From: Callorhinchus milii
Taxonomy: Eukaryota
Assembly (NCBI RefSeq): GCF_018977255.1
Contig: NW_024704742.1
Span: forward strand, 4,466,001-4,530,000
Reading direction: 5' to 3'
DNA length: 64,000 bases
In this document: positions 1-14,000 of the stretch, piece by piece
Layout of the letters: every line of letters begins with the position of its first letter
Position numbering within the stretch: position 1 is the first letter of the stretch
The notes under the pieces: generated by a model
Told to the model about the DNA's origin: nothing
Database searches by the model: none
What the model saw: the letters and a program-made list of their open reading frames with translations, nothing else
Made by a program: the position numbers and the translations under genes

Positions 1-760
1 GATTGAGGAGTGCAATCTTAGGGCAAACACAACAAAGTCTTTACACAGACAAAGACTTCCGCAACAGGTGAATAGGATGGGTGGCAGAGGTCAGTACACC
101 ACCATTTAAGAAGCAGCTGATACTGCAATGGGAAGATGTACGATGGGAATTTACGATCAAGTCGGCCACTTAAACCTTTCTTATGATTTCTAATGTTTTG
201 AATGGAAAACTACACAGACACAATGAAACTTGCAGCAAAATACTGATGTCTTTACAGCCCATATCCACGTGTCATGGTCTGCACAAGAGCAGCCACCTTT
301 ACTTTGAAGAGCAGTGAGATGAACGGCTCAATTTAATCCATTGGGTGCAGCTTCTCAGCAAATGAGGGTTCGTTACAAAACATCCACAATTAAAATCTAT
401 GAAGAAAAAGAAATAATTTACAAAGCGCTTCTTCACTAAGTATTCAATCCAGACCTGTTAACTCTAGAAAAGTACAGTACAGACAAACATTGGGCCCCAG
501 TTGTTTGTCTGCTTCTCTGATTTGGGCACCACTGTATCTCCTTCAAGACATAAAAAAAAGTCAATGAAATGCAGTTTGGGGAACTTGTAAGATATGGAAG
601 GATAGGGTTCGAGGGTCTGATCATCAGTATGTTTAAGGACCATGACTGGATGACCGGTTTACAAATGTTTCGAAATATACAGATCAGAGGAATTTCACAT
701 ACGTCAAAGTCCATCCATTTGCCTCCAATTTGTGAACGACACTGATTCCTCATCGCTGTC

Positions 761-797
761 ATTATTATTATTATTGTTATTATTATTATTATTATTT
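761..797. repeat. (ATT)n microsatellite
   Basis: Directly visible. Confidence 0.9.
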
Positions 798-3700
798 TCC
801 AGATTGGTGTAACACTGTTTGCGTATCTCAGACCTATGGAAGACAGGAATAGGACTATGTTTAGTATTCAGATGAGGAAGCAGCAGTCAGAGACTGGGAA
901 TGGAATCTGAACAGTCTGTGGGTAGGGGAAGTGTTGGAGAAGTCTGTAACCTTTGTACCAACAACACCTTGACCTTTGGGTCAATTGGTTGAATTATAAA
1001 TAATAATAATAATAATCCTTATATATTTTACATACATTGTAAAGTGTAGTAACTGTATATTTTGCAGTCACACATCTGAATAAGAAAATCACTTGAATTG
1101 TATTTGTCGAATTAGGAGCGTTTCAAGTCAATCAAATTAATATTTCCAGGTACTTTCATGAATGAATGTCTGAAAAAAATGCATTTTAACACACTGTAGT
1201 GAGGAACTAAGTGGCAAAGCTGTAGTTTATAGCTTTTGATCTGTATGGTAATGTAAAGCATCACCCTGTACTAAACGACAGAGAGGAAGAATAAAGATAG
1301 CTGTACAAATACAAAAGGTCATCTATAGGATTCCTCTTAAATTATTGGAATATATTACAACTCCAGAGCTCTACTGATGAGAACTATCATCGTTTTAACA
1401 GACAAAGCACTTTAATTAAGGAATCCGGAAGTACATTCCTTAATTAAGGAATCCTGTTTGAAATCATAATGTTTTCGACCCCATTGCCTCAATTTAACTC
1501 AGTTTTTGAAGTACCCTCTGGGTTAGGAAAAGTGCTCAAATAGCACGATTGGTGTCTAGTCACAGACAAAAATTAAATGCCTCACAACATAAAACTAGGC
1601 TTTCTGTGGGAAAGCATTGCCCATCACACGCACTTGCAGGACACAGGCTGTGAGTTGATCTTCGGTTGGAGCTGAGGTCTCACAAGGCTGTTTGCCGTCC
1701 AGGGGTTTTGCTGTGGAAAACGTTTATAACACACGGCAACTTTTAATGCTAACACAGAGGTTGTTTCCGCTTGACTCAGTGTCTGGCAATAACAGGAGGA
1801 TTAGATACGTGCTTGACAAGAACAACAATACACGTTGCATTTGATATAGCGCCTTTCGTGTCAGGGAGCGGCATTCAAGCACTTCACGGGAATTACTGTA
1901 ATGTGTAGTGACTGTTTTTTTTGTAGGCAAACTTCAATGCTCAGCAACCAAACAGCTGTACATTTAAGCAACCCCAAGGCAAAAATGTTCTACCGCTTCT
2001 GCTAAGTGTCCTGGCTTGAATTTGATGAGGCAGAGGCACCTTGTGTCAGTCTAGCACAGAAAGCATATAAACAAATGAAAAACAGTGTCCAAAAACTCTG
2101 TCTTTGAAGAGTGTTGAAAGATATATTACGACGAATGTTACGAATAATCTTTGCTTTTGGAAGCACAAACTGTTAGTTTGTCACCTTTTTCCTAAAATAG
2201 CATGTTTAATGAATGTATACACCAATTAGGTTTATATAAGTTGTTAGAAAAGTACACACAAGTTGTCAGACTGTTGCTTTGTCTTTGAAGTGGTGCAGAG
2301 AGCTTGAACTGAAGAAGGGAATATCAGTCGGGTGATGTATCCGTAGGGAGAGAGTAAGGCTCACCAACCTGGCATTGAAATGAGACGTGTCATCCACCAC
2401 CTTGAAGAGGTGATTTCACGGCCATCACCAGTCTGAATGGAAATGTATGCAGATTTTCTTTTAACATTTCCTTCGTAAACTACCTTGGGTTAGCTCATGT
2501 CTCTCTGAATGCTCCCGATGCTGTGTTTATCATTCACATGGACCCTGACCTGTGTGCTGTGTCAGCTCGACTGTGATGCGCTATAGCTCACAGACACCGA
2601 AGTAGAAAGATTTCTAACAAAATCGCAGACGGCGCCTTCAAAAAGTCCATATGATGTTCACTGCTCCAGTTTACTGCCTGCTGTTGCTCCTGAGCCAAAG
2701 GCTGGATGTAGTGGGAGGTCCTAAACAGTAAAATCATTTGCTTGTTAACCCCTTTTTATCTTATCTTTTAACCTGAAAAAGTCATCTTTACCTGTGGCAA
2801 CTGATGAGCACGTCCCATCACTCCCTGGGCCTGTCAGGCAGCTCTAGAACTGCTTTTTAATGGACTCGGAGTAATTTTGTCTGAGTGAAGCCCTAAAAAC
2901 TCCCCAAGGAGAGATCATCAAGCAGAGCAGTCCCCAATGGAGGATTTATTACCAGTCAGGATGAGAAGGTTGATTAGCTTCTGTGGCTGAACAGACATGC
3001 TGTCAGGCAAGCCTCTTAATCCAATCAGTTACCTGTCGGAGAGAAACTGTCTGTGTTCCTGATCGGGGCAAGGGAGCATGACCACATCACCTCTCCACTT
3101 CTGTCTTCTTAACCAAGCAACACTTACTCTTCAACCATTGTGCGCACCTCCTCTTACTGCATTGCCCACCAATTTTGTTGAAACATTCCTTTAACCATAA
3201 GTCGCCTCTTAATTCTGCACTATAAATTCCATCTTCTCTGATTGATTAATTAATTTTAAAACCAAGTGCAACTGTAGCCTATACATAATACAAATTGGCA
3301 CGCTAGTTAGACTAAAGCTCCGGAGCATTTCTACAGGATAGCTTACTTGCACTTTTCTAAAACTCAGGTAAGCAAATGCTGAAGTAGGAAACAAGCTGCG
3401 AACATCACCAGATGGGACACTTCAGAAATTCTAAATCGTAAAAAAAATGGAAACTTAAAAACTAGTACTTACGAGCGTATAAAACAATTCAAGAAAGATG
3501 TAAGATTGCAATGGGTGAAATACATTTACTTTATTCAGTCATTGACTTTGCCAGTACAACAACCAATTGTGTTGTGTGGCAGTTGCAGTTTCTTAGTCTA
3601 TATTTTTGATGTTTTTTTTTACACTCAGAAAGCTATCTGAATCAATTATCTTCTGTTTCTAGATATTAATTGCACTAATGCACCAAGGTAACATTGAGGA

Positions 3701-5239
3701 TTCGTTTCCCACACTAGACCTCGACAATAATACTTGTCGTGGAGGAAAACCTTGCCTCACACACACACACACACACACACTTTTCTAATGGTTTCACCAG
3801 AAGACAGTTGTTGCAGCTGTTGACCACAACACCAACTTACATTTTTATACCAAAAGGCAAAATACTGCAGGCGCTGGAAATCTGGTATAAACACAGAAGT
3901 CTCTGGGAACACGCAGCAGGTCAGGCAGCATCCATGGAGAGAGGAAAATGAGTTGAGGTTTCAGGTCTATGACAGAACAGTTTTACATTGCTCTTCGCAT
4001 AAGAGGCCTGACCTGACTGGCAATGTTTTTGGTTCTGCCACACTGATCTCAGCATTACGGTGACAGTTTGAGAAATATCGTCTTGACTACTTCAATAACT
4101 TAGAAACAGTTTTTTTGGCGAAAGCAAATTAACAGTTGCGGGCAGACACACTAACAGTAATCATTGAGACATCTCCAGTAGTGCACCGACCTACAATATA
4201 ACAATTGTCATCGCTGATAATTATAGTAACAACAATAATAATCCTTGCATTTGATACAGGGCCTTATCACGTCAAGCTGGGGAGAGAGAGGTGACCATAG
4301 GCACGGTTTTCAGGTATGATCTGAAGACCTGGTGCAGAGATTGAGGCAGGGAGTTCCAGAAGTAGTGGCTCAAAGCATGGCAGCCAAAGGTGGAGTGGAG
4401 GGGTTGAGCGATGTGCAGAAGGCTCGAGCCTGCTGAGCAAAAGAGGCAAGTAGAGGAGTGAGTGTGAGCATGTCGGAGAGGTCCTGGCAAGGACTGGGGT
4501 GGTGGGGATGCGCGGTTTTGTATGGTGAGGATGCGGATGGCGCAGTTTGTTAAGCTATCAGCAAATTGATGCACAAATATCCTGATGCAACGTGAGTTGC
4601 AATTAAACCTATTGTTTTACAATACTACCTGCTATTCTCACACACGTGAAGCGCTTTGAGGCATCTTGAAGGACGCTTTGAATGCGTTGAGATACCTCGA
4701 AGACATGATAAGGCGCTATATCAATTGCGAGGATTATTATTATTATTATTATCTCTCACAGAAATGTCTGACTGCTACGTGAAGCCAAGAGCTCTGCTGT
4801 ATTGTGTAAGAGTAGCATAGTGTCACTCACTGTGTCCTGAACCGTTCCTGATCGAATTGCTACCTCCTTGCTGAGGGGTTCAGCGATGGCCCGAGTCATT
4901 CTGTCCCAATCCCACTCCAGTGAAGAGTTGGTAGACAACAGAACAGCAATTAGGAATCTGTCCTGTAGGATGATTCCCTTAAAACAGGCTGAGGCAGCAT
5001 CACACAGCTTACAACTACAAAATTACATTTGTATAGTGCTTTTCACGTCGGGAGGACATCCCAAGGCCCTGTCATTTCGTACATATTTTGTAAGCAACCT
5101 AGCACTGCGAGAGCTACAGTATACAACATTTGCAATTAATACTAGAAAGAATTCCCCCCCCCACCCACCCACCCCAATCTCCATCAGCACCAGGCATCCT
5201 CTACCACAGGCCGCATTACGCATGCATGGAATAGTCACG

Positions 5240-5600
5240 TGGTCACAACTTGGGCTTAGCTTCTCTCTTCCAGACCATCCAGAACTCTGCAGCTCGTGTC
5301 CTCTCCCGCACCAGACTGCTCCACAACTCCCGCCCGGTCCGCCCCCACCATCAGAGGTTGAGCCTTCAGCCTCTCCACCCCCACCCTTTGGAACTCCACC
5401 TCGCTCCCTCCCTCGCCTCCTTCAAGGCACATCTCAAGACCCTCCTCTTCGATCGTGCCTTCGGTCACCCTTCTACCCCTACCCTCCATGACTCTCCACC
5501 CCACCTGATCCCAACCCCCTGCTCGGGACCAAATCCGGACTGCCTTGGGATGTCCTCCCAAAGTGAAAGGTGTTATACAAATGTAATTTGTTGTTGTTGT
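5240..5600 (+). mobile_element. L2 LINE 3' fragment
   Basis: QTIQNSAARVLSRTR...LASFKAHLKTLLFDRAF; tail GGGATGTCCTCCC..GTGAAAGG...TTGTTGTTG. Confidence 0.85.
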
Positions 5601-8600
5601 CCAGCCGGTCACTCTGCATTGTGTCACTCGTGACACCTGATTTGGGAGGAGGGGGAATCCCATAGCTGAGCTTGATCTGGACACTCATCGAACTTCCATA
5701 CATTGTCTGTCAGGAATCAATAGCTGTTTTTTTGCTCCTTAGCCCAATGTGCTGAATCACTGTATTTTGCCTATCTGAACAGGCATTTGTGTGCAAAATA
5801 CAGTCACTGCACAGTCACTACAGTAAATTCTGTGACGTACTTTGCGATGTCCACCCAACATCAAATTCTGGTATTGTATTATAATTACAGCAGTTAGAAA
5901 TTTCCTTATGCAAAATCCAATCTGAATAGCATTAGCCATTAATTGTGTCATCGGTTTAGGTTCTGGAAATGGAAATTCCAGAGATATTTATTGGAATGGA
6001 TTGCTCACTCTCTCCCTGGAGGGATTCATCCAGCTTACCTAATTCTGGAAAGTATTAGACCAGGTTGACATGAACCAAGGAGTTGGGGTACTGCTGGAGT
6101 CTAACCAGCCAAAAAAACACGTAGCTTGCCATTGAGAGCACTACTGGGCAACCTTTCCCACTATTTGTCCAGCTAGGACCACTCCATCAAAGCTTTGGCT
6201 TGCGTTGTTAACATGAGTTGAGTGGGATGACTCCCTGCCCCAGTGACTGGTCTGCCCTTCCAAATCTTCCTGATGAGCCAGGCTGGCCTTGCTGTCATCA
6301 GCAGTGCCCTTGAGTACTGTGGACCTACCAGGCTCAGGAACTGGACTACTGAGACCGCCACAGAGGGCTGGATCGATTCTAACATTCCACCTTGGAGCCA
6401 GTTCAGCTCCAAGAACGCCCTGCCCTTTCCCTCCCAGGAGGTTAACTAAGGTTAGATATGAGGTTACCCCTACACACAATCTCTTGTTACTTTTAGTCAG
6501 CTGTTACAGCAGTTGGGTCATTTTTTTCAAGGCTTGTACCTGTTTTGTTTGGTCAGTTTTGAACTTCCTGAAGCACAAAAACAGTGGGCTTTTCTTGAAT
6601 CAAGACAACAAGTAAACATCAAATGAATTTCCGTAGCTTAGTGGTTAGAGTACTCACCTGGCAAACGAGAGGACCTGGGTTTGATTTCTGGGCAGGGCGA
6701 AATGTTGGGCAAGTTTCCTTACTCCACACCCCTCTAAGCAGTAAGTAGGATCCTGGTTGTTAGTCGATTAGCGGATCGTTTATCCAGGGGTAATAATCCC
6801 TTCAACAAAATTAATGAAAACAAAATAATAATTTGGTCACTCAATGCACGACTGTTTGTGGGGACACTGCTTTGCGCAATTGGCTGCTGCGATCCACCAA
6901 CAACATAGACAGTCAATTCACTTCACAGTATATTTTAGGAAGCGCTTTGAGACATCTCGAAGACGTGATAAGGCGCTATATCAAATGCAAGGATTACTAT
7001 TATCAAATAAAGCGGAGATTTATCGGCTGTGGCACTTATTTGACTTGATGGAGTTCTGCGGTTGAAACCCGTGTTCATGTTGTATCTGTACATGAACCTT
7101 TTCTAGCATGTTTTTCTAAAAAACAGTCTCTTGATCTGCCTCTCATCATAAATCCATTTTGAAAAAAGGGACACCCGTTAGGGTTACCAAACGTTGAGAG
7201 CAGATGATTTGCCTACAGCAGACGCAGACACTTTACAGGAAATCCTGTGAAGCACTTTGAGAAGTCCTCCCACCTCATCAAATGCAAGGATTGTTGTTTT
7301 ATTATTTTAAAATCTCAATTCAAATGAAGAATTCCCATGTACTGGGGTTGGTACTGTGTACAACAATCCCTTATTACAATGGTATAACTCAGTGAGAAGA
7401 AGCTAAGCAGGGGCTGAGACACAGTCCCGTATTGCCTGTGACTGTGGCCAATTATCAACATTACCAACTGGCAGGAGATTACAGTCATACTCTTACACTC
7501 AAGGTAATAATAATACTAATAATAATCCTTGCATTTATATAGCGCCTTATCACGTCTTCCTGACGTCTCAAAGCGCTTCACACAATATACTGTAAAGTGA
7601 ATTGACTGTATATTTTTTGTGGGTCAAATGTTCAGGAATGACCAATATTATCTAAATGAACTATTCTGACAGGATAGGTGGTAGCAGAAAACAGTAATAA
7701 ATCCTGAACTCGCAACATAAACACTCATCCTGAATTACCTTAGAGAATTAATTACAAATGTAATAAAATTAACCCTTTTTTTCAACTAAGGACAATGAAT
7801 GTCACCAGTTTAGGCTAAATCTAATCGAACATGTAATGCATTGCTGCAATATTACATGCACGTAGAACCAGAGAGAAATTTATAGCACAGAAGAAGCCCA
7901 ATTCTCCTATCATGTCAGCACTGGCTCTTTCAAGAGCAATCGTTTCAATCCTATTCCCCAAACTGCCCATTCCCAAACTGACTGTCTAGTTTTGTCTAGT
8001 TCCCTTCTGAAAGTGGAATTTGCCTCAGCCACTGCTCCTGGTGGGGCATTCCATATCCTAATTACTGTCCGTGAAAATAATTCTCCAAACCTCCCTATTT
8101 GCCTGTTTGCAAACTACTTTAAATTGCTGGCCTCTAGTTACTGACTCACTGACCATTGGAAATAATTTCTTTCTATTGACTATCAAAACCTCTCATAATT
8201 TTAAAGACTTCAATCAGGTCACCCTCAGGCTTCTTTGTTGTAGGGAAGGTGTTCCGCTATAATCAATAAAACCTTTCCTAAACCTGGAGTCAGAGAGGAT
8301 GGAGCAGGAATGAACGCACCACAGTGATGTGACTGTAAACTGAAGGTTCAAGTGGCAGAGAGGAGCCTATATCATTAAGTCTGCTCTAACTGGTTCATCA
8401 CTGAATTAGGCAATTAAAGGCAGGTGGCTGCATGTGCTTATTTGAACCACAATTAAAAAAAATTGAAGATAAATGAAGCTCACAGGGTCAGAGACACAGT
8501 CTGTCTTCCTTCACCTCTACGATTCGAATTAATCGGAAGCTTTGTACTTACTCATCACCATCAGCACAGTTCCAGATGGCCAAAAGAGTCCATGTCAGCC

Positions 8601-9791
8601 CTATTACCAGTCCATTGACTCTTTCATTTGACTTAGCTGCAATTTCATGTCCAACAGCAGTCACTTGATTTATTGCAGGTGCCTCATAATAACGGTATAA
8701 AGCGTTTGGTGTCCTGGCCTTCAAGAGGAACAGATTGGTGTGTGAATATGTGCGCATTATTCTCCAGCCTAGAAAATGCAAAGCAGCACACCCACTCATG
8801 CCAAGACATGTCACGATGAGGCAGTTTAGACCCAAGATGGAAAAGGGGCTACCAAGCTGACAGATTTACAACAGTTTAGCCATAATCATTTTGAACTCAT
8901 GGGATTTGTCCATTTTGAGAGGTCATTCCTCCTGTTCTCTCGTCGTCTCCAGAAGTTTGAAGTTCCGGCGTTAAAGCTAGTAAATAATTAGGACGATTTC
9001 TAATCCTAGCCCTGACCCGAAAGGAGCTAACATGTAGTGGTCCTTCATTTGAATACACAGTCAAAACACCTGCTCGAAAGGAAGACTTGACATTCGGAGG
9101 GCAAAGAATTTGAAGTAAAAAGCCAAAGCCACATCACCTCTGAATTTAAAAAGAAAAGGCTAAGCTGTGGTTCAGATTTTTCTCTTTCTCTCTTGTGTTC
9201 CGGGAAGTATGAAGAATTATCCTAGGTTGTTGAGTACTGTGTTAGGATCCTGGCATTCTCACTGTGGAAAGCAATGAATTCCGGGTTCTGTGACATTAAT
9301 GTGGTGGCCGAGGAATGATACTCTACATGCTGAGGTAATGAGCTGGGAGGCTAGTGGCTTTCAGCTGTTGTCTGCGTCTCAGCATTAATTTTTTTCCAGC
9401 TCAATTTTGCTGAAGTTGCCCCTATGCCTGGGGAATAGCAGTAACATTGCTAAGGATGGCACCAGTCATTCCTTAGCACATCAGTAAAGCAACTATGTAG
9501 AACGACCCTCAGATGTTTGCTAATGATTTGCAGCACGTCATCCCGAAGAGATGATGCAAAAACAGACGTGTAAATCACTCAGTCTAACAACTGCTTTGCT
9601 CTCTGCGCTTTCCATATTGTAATGATCTGGTGCCTTTCAATTTGGAAGAAAAAGGTTAGCGAATTCACAACAACCACTGAAAGAAATGGAATAAAGTAAA
9701 AAGCATGTGATACATATTAATGGCACCGTATCTTGTCATCAAAATGTCTCAAAGGACTAAAATCCTGACTCAAAAAAAAAAGGTTTTAAGT

Positions 9792-10149
9792 CTGGAGTAC
9801 TGTAGCTCAGTGGTTGGAGTGCTCGCATCGCAAGCGAGAGGACCTGGGTTTGATTCCCTGGCAGGACGAAACGTTGGGAACGTTTCCTTACTCCACACGC
9901 TTCTGTTTTCCTGGTTGTTAGTCGATTGGCGGATCGCTTTTCCGGGGGTAATAATCCCTTCAAAAAAATTAATTAAAAAAAATAATAATTTGGTCACTCA
10001 ATCCACGACTGTTTGTGGGACACTGCAATTGGTTGTCGCGATTTGCCCACAAAATATGCAGTCAATTCACTTTGCAGTATATTCTGTGAAGCGCTTTGAG
10101 ACGTCTCGAAGAAGTGAAAAGGCGCTATATCAAATGCAAGGATTATTAT
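9792..10149 (+). mobile_element. tRNA-derived SINE, longer subfamily (similar copies at about 6631-7003, 12770-13110, 28912-29170, 53468-53784)
   Basis: GGAGTACTGTAGCTCAGTGGTTGGAG head; tail GGCGCTATATCAAATGCAAGGATTATT. Confidence 0.88.
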
Positions 10150-10756
10150 GGTCTTCTTTTTCCACTGACAATGTTTCAATCCGTATGCGACGTTCGACTG
10201 GGAAGGAGGGAGCGGGTGGACCGAAGTTGTGAATGGTCTCGGGCCGGGTGAAATCATCTGCTAGGCCACCTGTTGGACCATGCTCCTCGAAGTGTCTGTC
10301 CTGAAATTGCCCTTTGCAATCCTAAACCTGTGTCGTCTTCTTCTTCTACTATTTAGGTGCATCCTAAAGTCCTTGGGACGTTCTCCCGACGTGAAAGGCG
10401 CTATACAAATGTTGTTGTTTGAGGGTTTTCTTTTTTAGTCCTGTTTAAAATTGTATGCTATTTGTATACTCTATGAGGTCTCCTCTGAGGGAACCATCTT
10501 CTCTTCAGACCAACCCGGCCAGCTGATCTAATCGTTACTCATTCCATCAACACTGGCATTATCCTCGTTGCTTTCTTCTGCACTATCCTGATGATGACCA
10601 GAACTGTATGCAATCCTCAAGGTCTGACCAGAGCTCTGTAGAGCCTGAGTGTGACACCTAGGCATCTAAACACAATTGACTTAGTAATATATAGCCCAGC
10701 ATCCTGTTTGCCTTGTTTATTGCTGTCTCACATTGTTTGTAGGTACCAAACTCCAT

Positions 10757-11080
10757 AAATAATAATAATAATAATCCTTGCATTTGATATAGCGCTTTTC
10801 ACGTCGGGAGGACGTCCCAAAGCGCTTCACAGAACACACTGTAAAGTGAATTGACTGTATATTTGTGGGCAAACGCGGCAGCCAATTGCGCACAGCAATG
10901 TCCCACAAACAGTCGTAGATTGAAAATGACCAATTTATTATTGTTTTTGGTTTTGGAGGGATTATTATTAGGCTCTGTGTGGAGTAAGGAAACTTGCCCA
11001 AGGTTTCGCCCTCTGCCTGGAATTGAACTCAGGTCTCTTGCTTGCAAAGCGAGTGCTCTAACCACTGAGCTACAGGACTC
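10757..11080 (-). mobile_element. tRNA-derived SINE with Deu/L2-type 3' tail, young subfamily
   Basis: Head GGAGTCCTGTAGCTCAGTGGTTAGAGCAC with A/B boxes; (ATT)n end; near-identical to 29921-30192. Confidence 0.9.
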
Positions 11081-14000
11081 CACATATAAACATACATCAT
11101 TCCAGTCTTTGCCAGGCTCTATTAGTTTCCTGTCCCAGAACAAATCGATTTTAAGATCCTCACCCGACTCGCGTTCATTCACCTCCTGCCCTAACACCTC
11201 CCTCCCTCTCCCACCTGTCTGCACCCCACTCCTCTACCCCCTTCTTTGCTCCACCACCAGCTCAGGTCTTCTGCACATCCCTGATTCTCGGCTCCACCTC
11301 AGTGCAATGTTTCATCTGAAGGATGGCATCTCTGATGATGCAGAGTTCACCCAGCACTGCACTGGAGTGTTAGCCTCGCCTTCCTGGTGTCTGTTCTCAA
11401 CTTGACCCTCATAACCCTGAACCTGTGCCTCCTTGTCCTGCTACCTGAGCGTACCTAAAGGTATTTTTCCAGGTTCTCTTTCTCTATCCCATAACCTACA
11501 GCCAAGAAACAACCTTGAAGGACCGTTTCACCTGCACTTAGACACATTGGCAAGAAGGAGCCCTGGGATTGTGACTCGCATAATTGAGCTGATATTTCAA
11601 CTTCTGAAGGACTATCATGTTTGACCTTTCAGGCCAAATATAAACATGATGTCTGAATTAACCTCGAAGCTGAACCCTAATTGCTGTTCAATGACTCCAT
11701 ATTATTAATAGTGTCTCCAAGTCATAAAGTTATCAATTGGAGTTGGTGTATTCTGTGGTTCATTTTTTTCCCTATTTATCAAGGTGAGATATGTTACTGG
11801 ATGAGAAACTGAACACTTTCCAAGTTTTACACCTGGAACAATGTGTCCTGCCAATGCTGCTGCTACTTACGTACTGAGAACACGGTCTTGAAGGTGAGCA
11901 GAATACAGGGGACAAATGCCTGACAAAGCATTTGTAAGGGTTTATGGTGTGATATGGAGAGTAAAGTAATGTATGAGGTGCTAAATCTGAGCAAAATTCC
12001 GACCCCCTTTTTTTTTCTGCACTGTAAAACCTTTCATTGGACCTCATAAAGAGGCTGTTTGGCGTATTAGGCATGTACCCAAACACGGAAAGCGTCTGAA
12101 GGGAGGGAGGGCTCTGGCCAAAATGACCTGTCGTTAAGCACGCTGGAGGTATAGTCAGCTTCACAGTCTATTTACCAAAGCATGAAGACCTGGATCGAGC
12201 AGCTTGTGTTGAGTGAGCCTGATAAGCGGAATTGGAATTGGACCTAGAGTAGGGTGACCATATTTTGTAAAGCAAATCCAGGGACCCATATTAAAAAAAA
12301 TGTAACTCATCACAAGTGCCAATTAATGGCTATATTTCTCTGATGAGTGTACCTTGGCGGATCACTTTTCCAGGGCTAATAATCCCTCAAAAAAACAATA
12401 ATAATAATTTGATCACTCAATCCACGCCTGTTTGTGGGACGCTGCTGTGCGCAATTGGTTTTCACGTTTCGCCCACAAATATACAATCAATTCACTTTAC
12501 AGTATAGGCTGTGAAACGCTAGAAGACGTGAAAAGCGCTACATCAAATGCAAGAATTATTATTAAATTATCATCTGTTCTTGTTCTTTACTGTTTTATTG
12601 TATTATTGTTCTTGCTCAGTTTGTTGTTGTATTGGCCATTTCTGTAATATCTTCAACTGACATGCTTCGTAATTGCAAATACATAAATGGTGCTACAAAG
12701 CAACGTGCCTACCTTTTTTATATCTCTGTATTGCCTTTGATTTTTTTCTTACTCTTCCTGACCAGGTTGAGTCTCGTAGCTCGTGTTGGAGCACTTGCCT
12801 CGCAAACGAGAATACCTGGGTTTGATACTCAGGCAGGGCGAAAGTTGGGCAAGTTTCCTTACTCCACATGCTTCTGTTTACCTAGCAGTAAGAACCTGAT
12901 GGTCAGTCAATTGGGGCATCACTTTTCCAGGGGTAATAATCCCTTCAAAAATAATAATATTGTGGGACGCTGCTGTGCGTAATTGGCTGCCACATTTCGC
13001 CCACAAAATATACAGTCAACTCTATATATAGAGTATATTCTGTGAAGCTCTTTGAGACATCTCGAAGACATGATAAGGTGCTATATCAAATGCAAGGATT
13101 ATTATTATTATATACTGTGTATTACATTTATGTATGTAAACTGTATAAACTTGGATAGTTCTTTTTCCCATTGTGTTTACTAATGGAAATGCACAGGTTT
13201 TATGGCCCCTATGTACATGTAATACAAATTCCAATGACCCCATGAAACTGTGTAACCACACCAGGCTCCCTGACCCCATCACCCCCACCCTCGCCTGGCT
13301 CCGCTGGCTCCCATCCCTCAGAGGATAGAATTTAAAGTCCTCGTATAGTTACGTGAACTCACTCAATATTTTGCCATTAGAATTGCGACCCACACATGTT
13401 CCTGAACGGCTTGGTATGATTTCAAATTTAAGGTATTTCCGATAGCCATTACATGTATTAATGAGTGTTATCTTCCAAGTGACAGCACTGATCAAATCTG
13501 TGTAAATTATTACCATTGGTACTTGCCTCTAACCCATCATATAATTCAGCTTGCAGCTACTTCCTTCATGCCACGAGCTTTCACTTTAACTATAGTGTTC
13601 TTTGAAAGATTGTAACCCACTGCAGACTTGTAACTTTCACAATTGTACTTCTGACTTTTCTAATCATTTGAAGCCATATGGATTACTTTCAATTTTCTTG
13701 GGACTAATTCAATAAGCTTCATAAACATGATATCCATTGCACCACCTACTTATATCCCTTTGTAATGTGATGTTGTAGTCCAGGTTTCTAATTTCATATT
13801 TAGAAATGTAATCAGGTTTTTGGTGGCATCATCTTCACCAAGTACCATCGCATCTCTATATAACAGTAAGAAAAGCAATTTCAGGCTTTCTCTTTGTTTG
13901 TATTTTATGCAGCTTCGGATCAGCTTGTTTAATGTATGATTTTCTGCTAAACTTTATCACTAACATAGGTGATTTTAATTATCAGTAACTGATTGCAAAA

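Noticed and set aside
11010..11080. tRNA-Ala-like sequences
   Set aside because: These are SINE heads continuing into SINE body, without a proper 3' acceptor stem.
10717..11405. Recurrent ORFs 'MGKFPYSTQS...' and 'MTVYLWANAAA...' at several loci
   Set aside because: Translations of the same SINE family, not a gene family.
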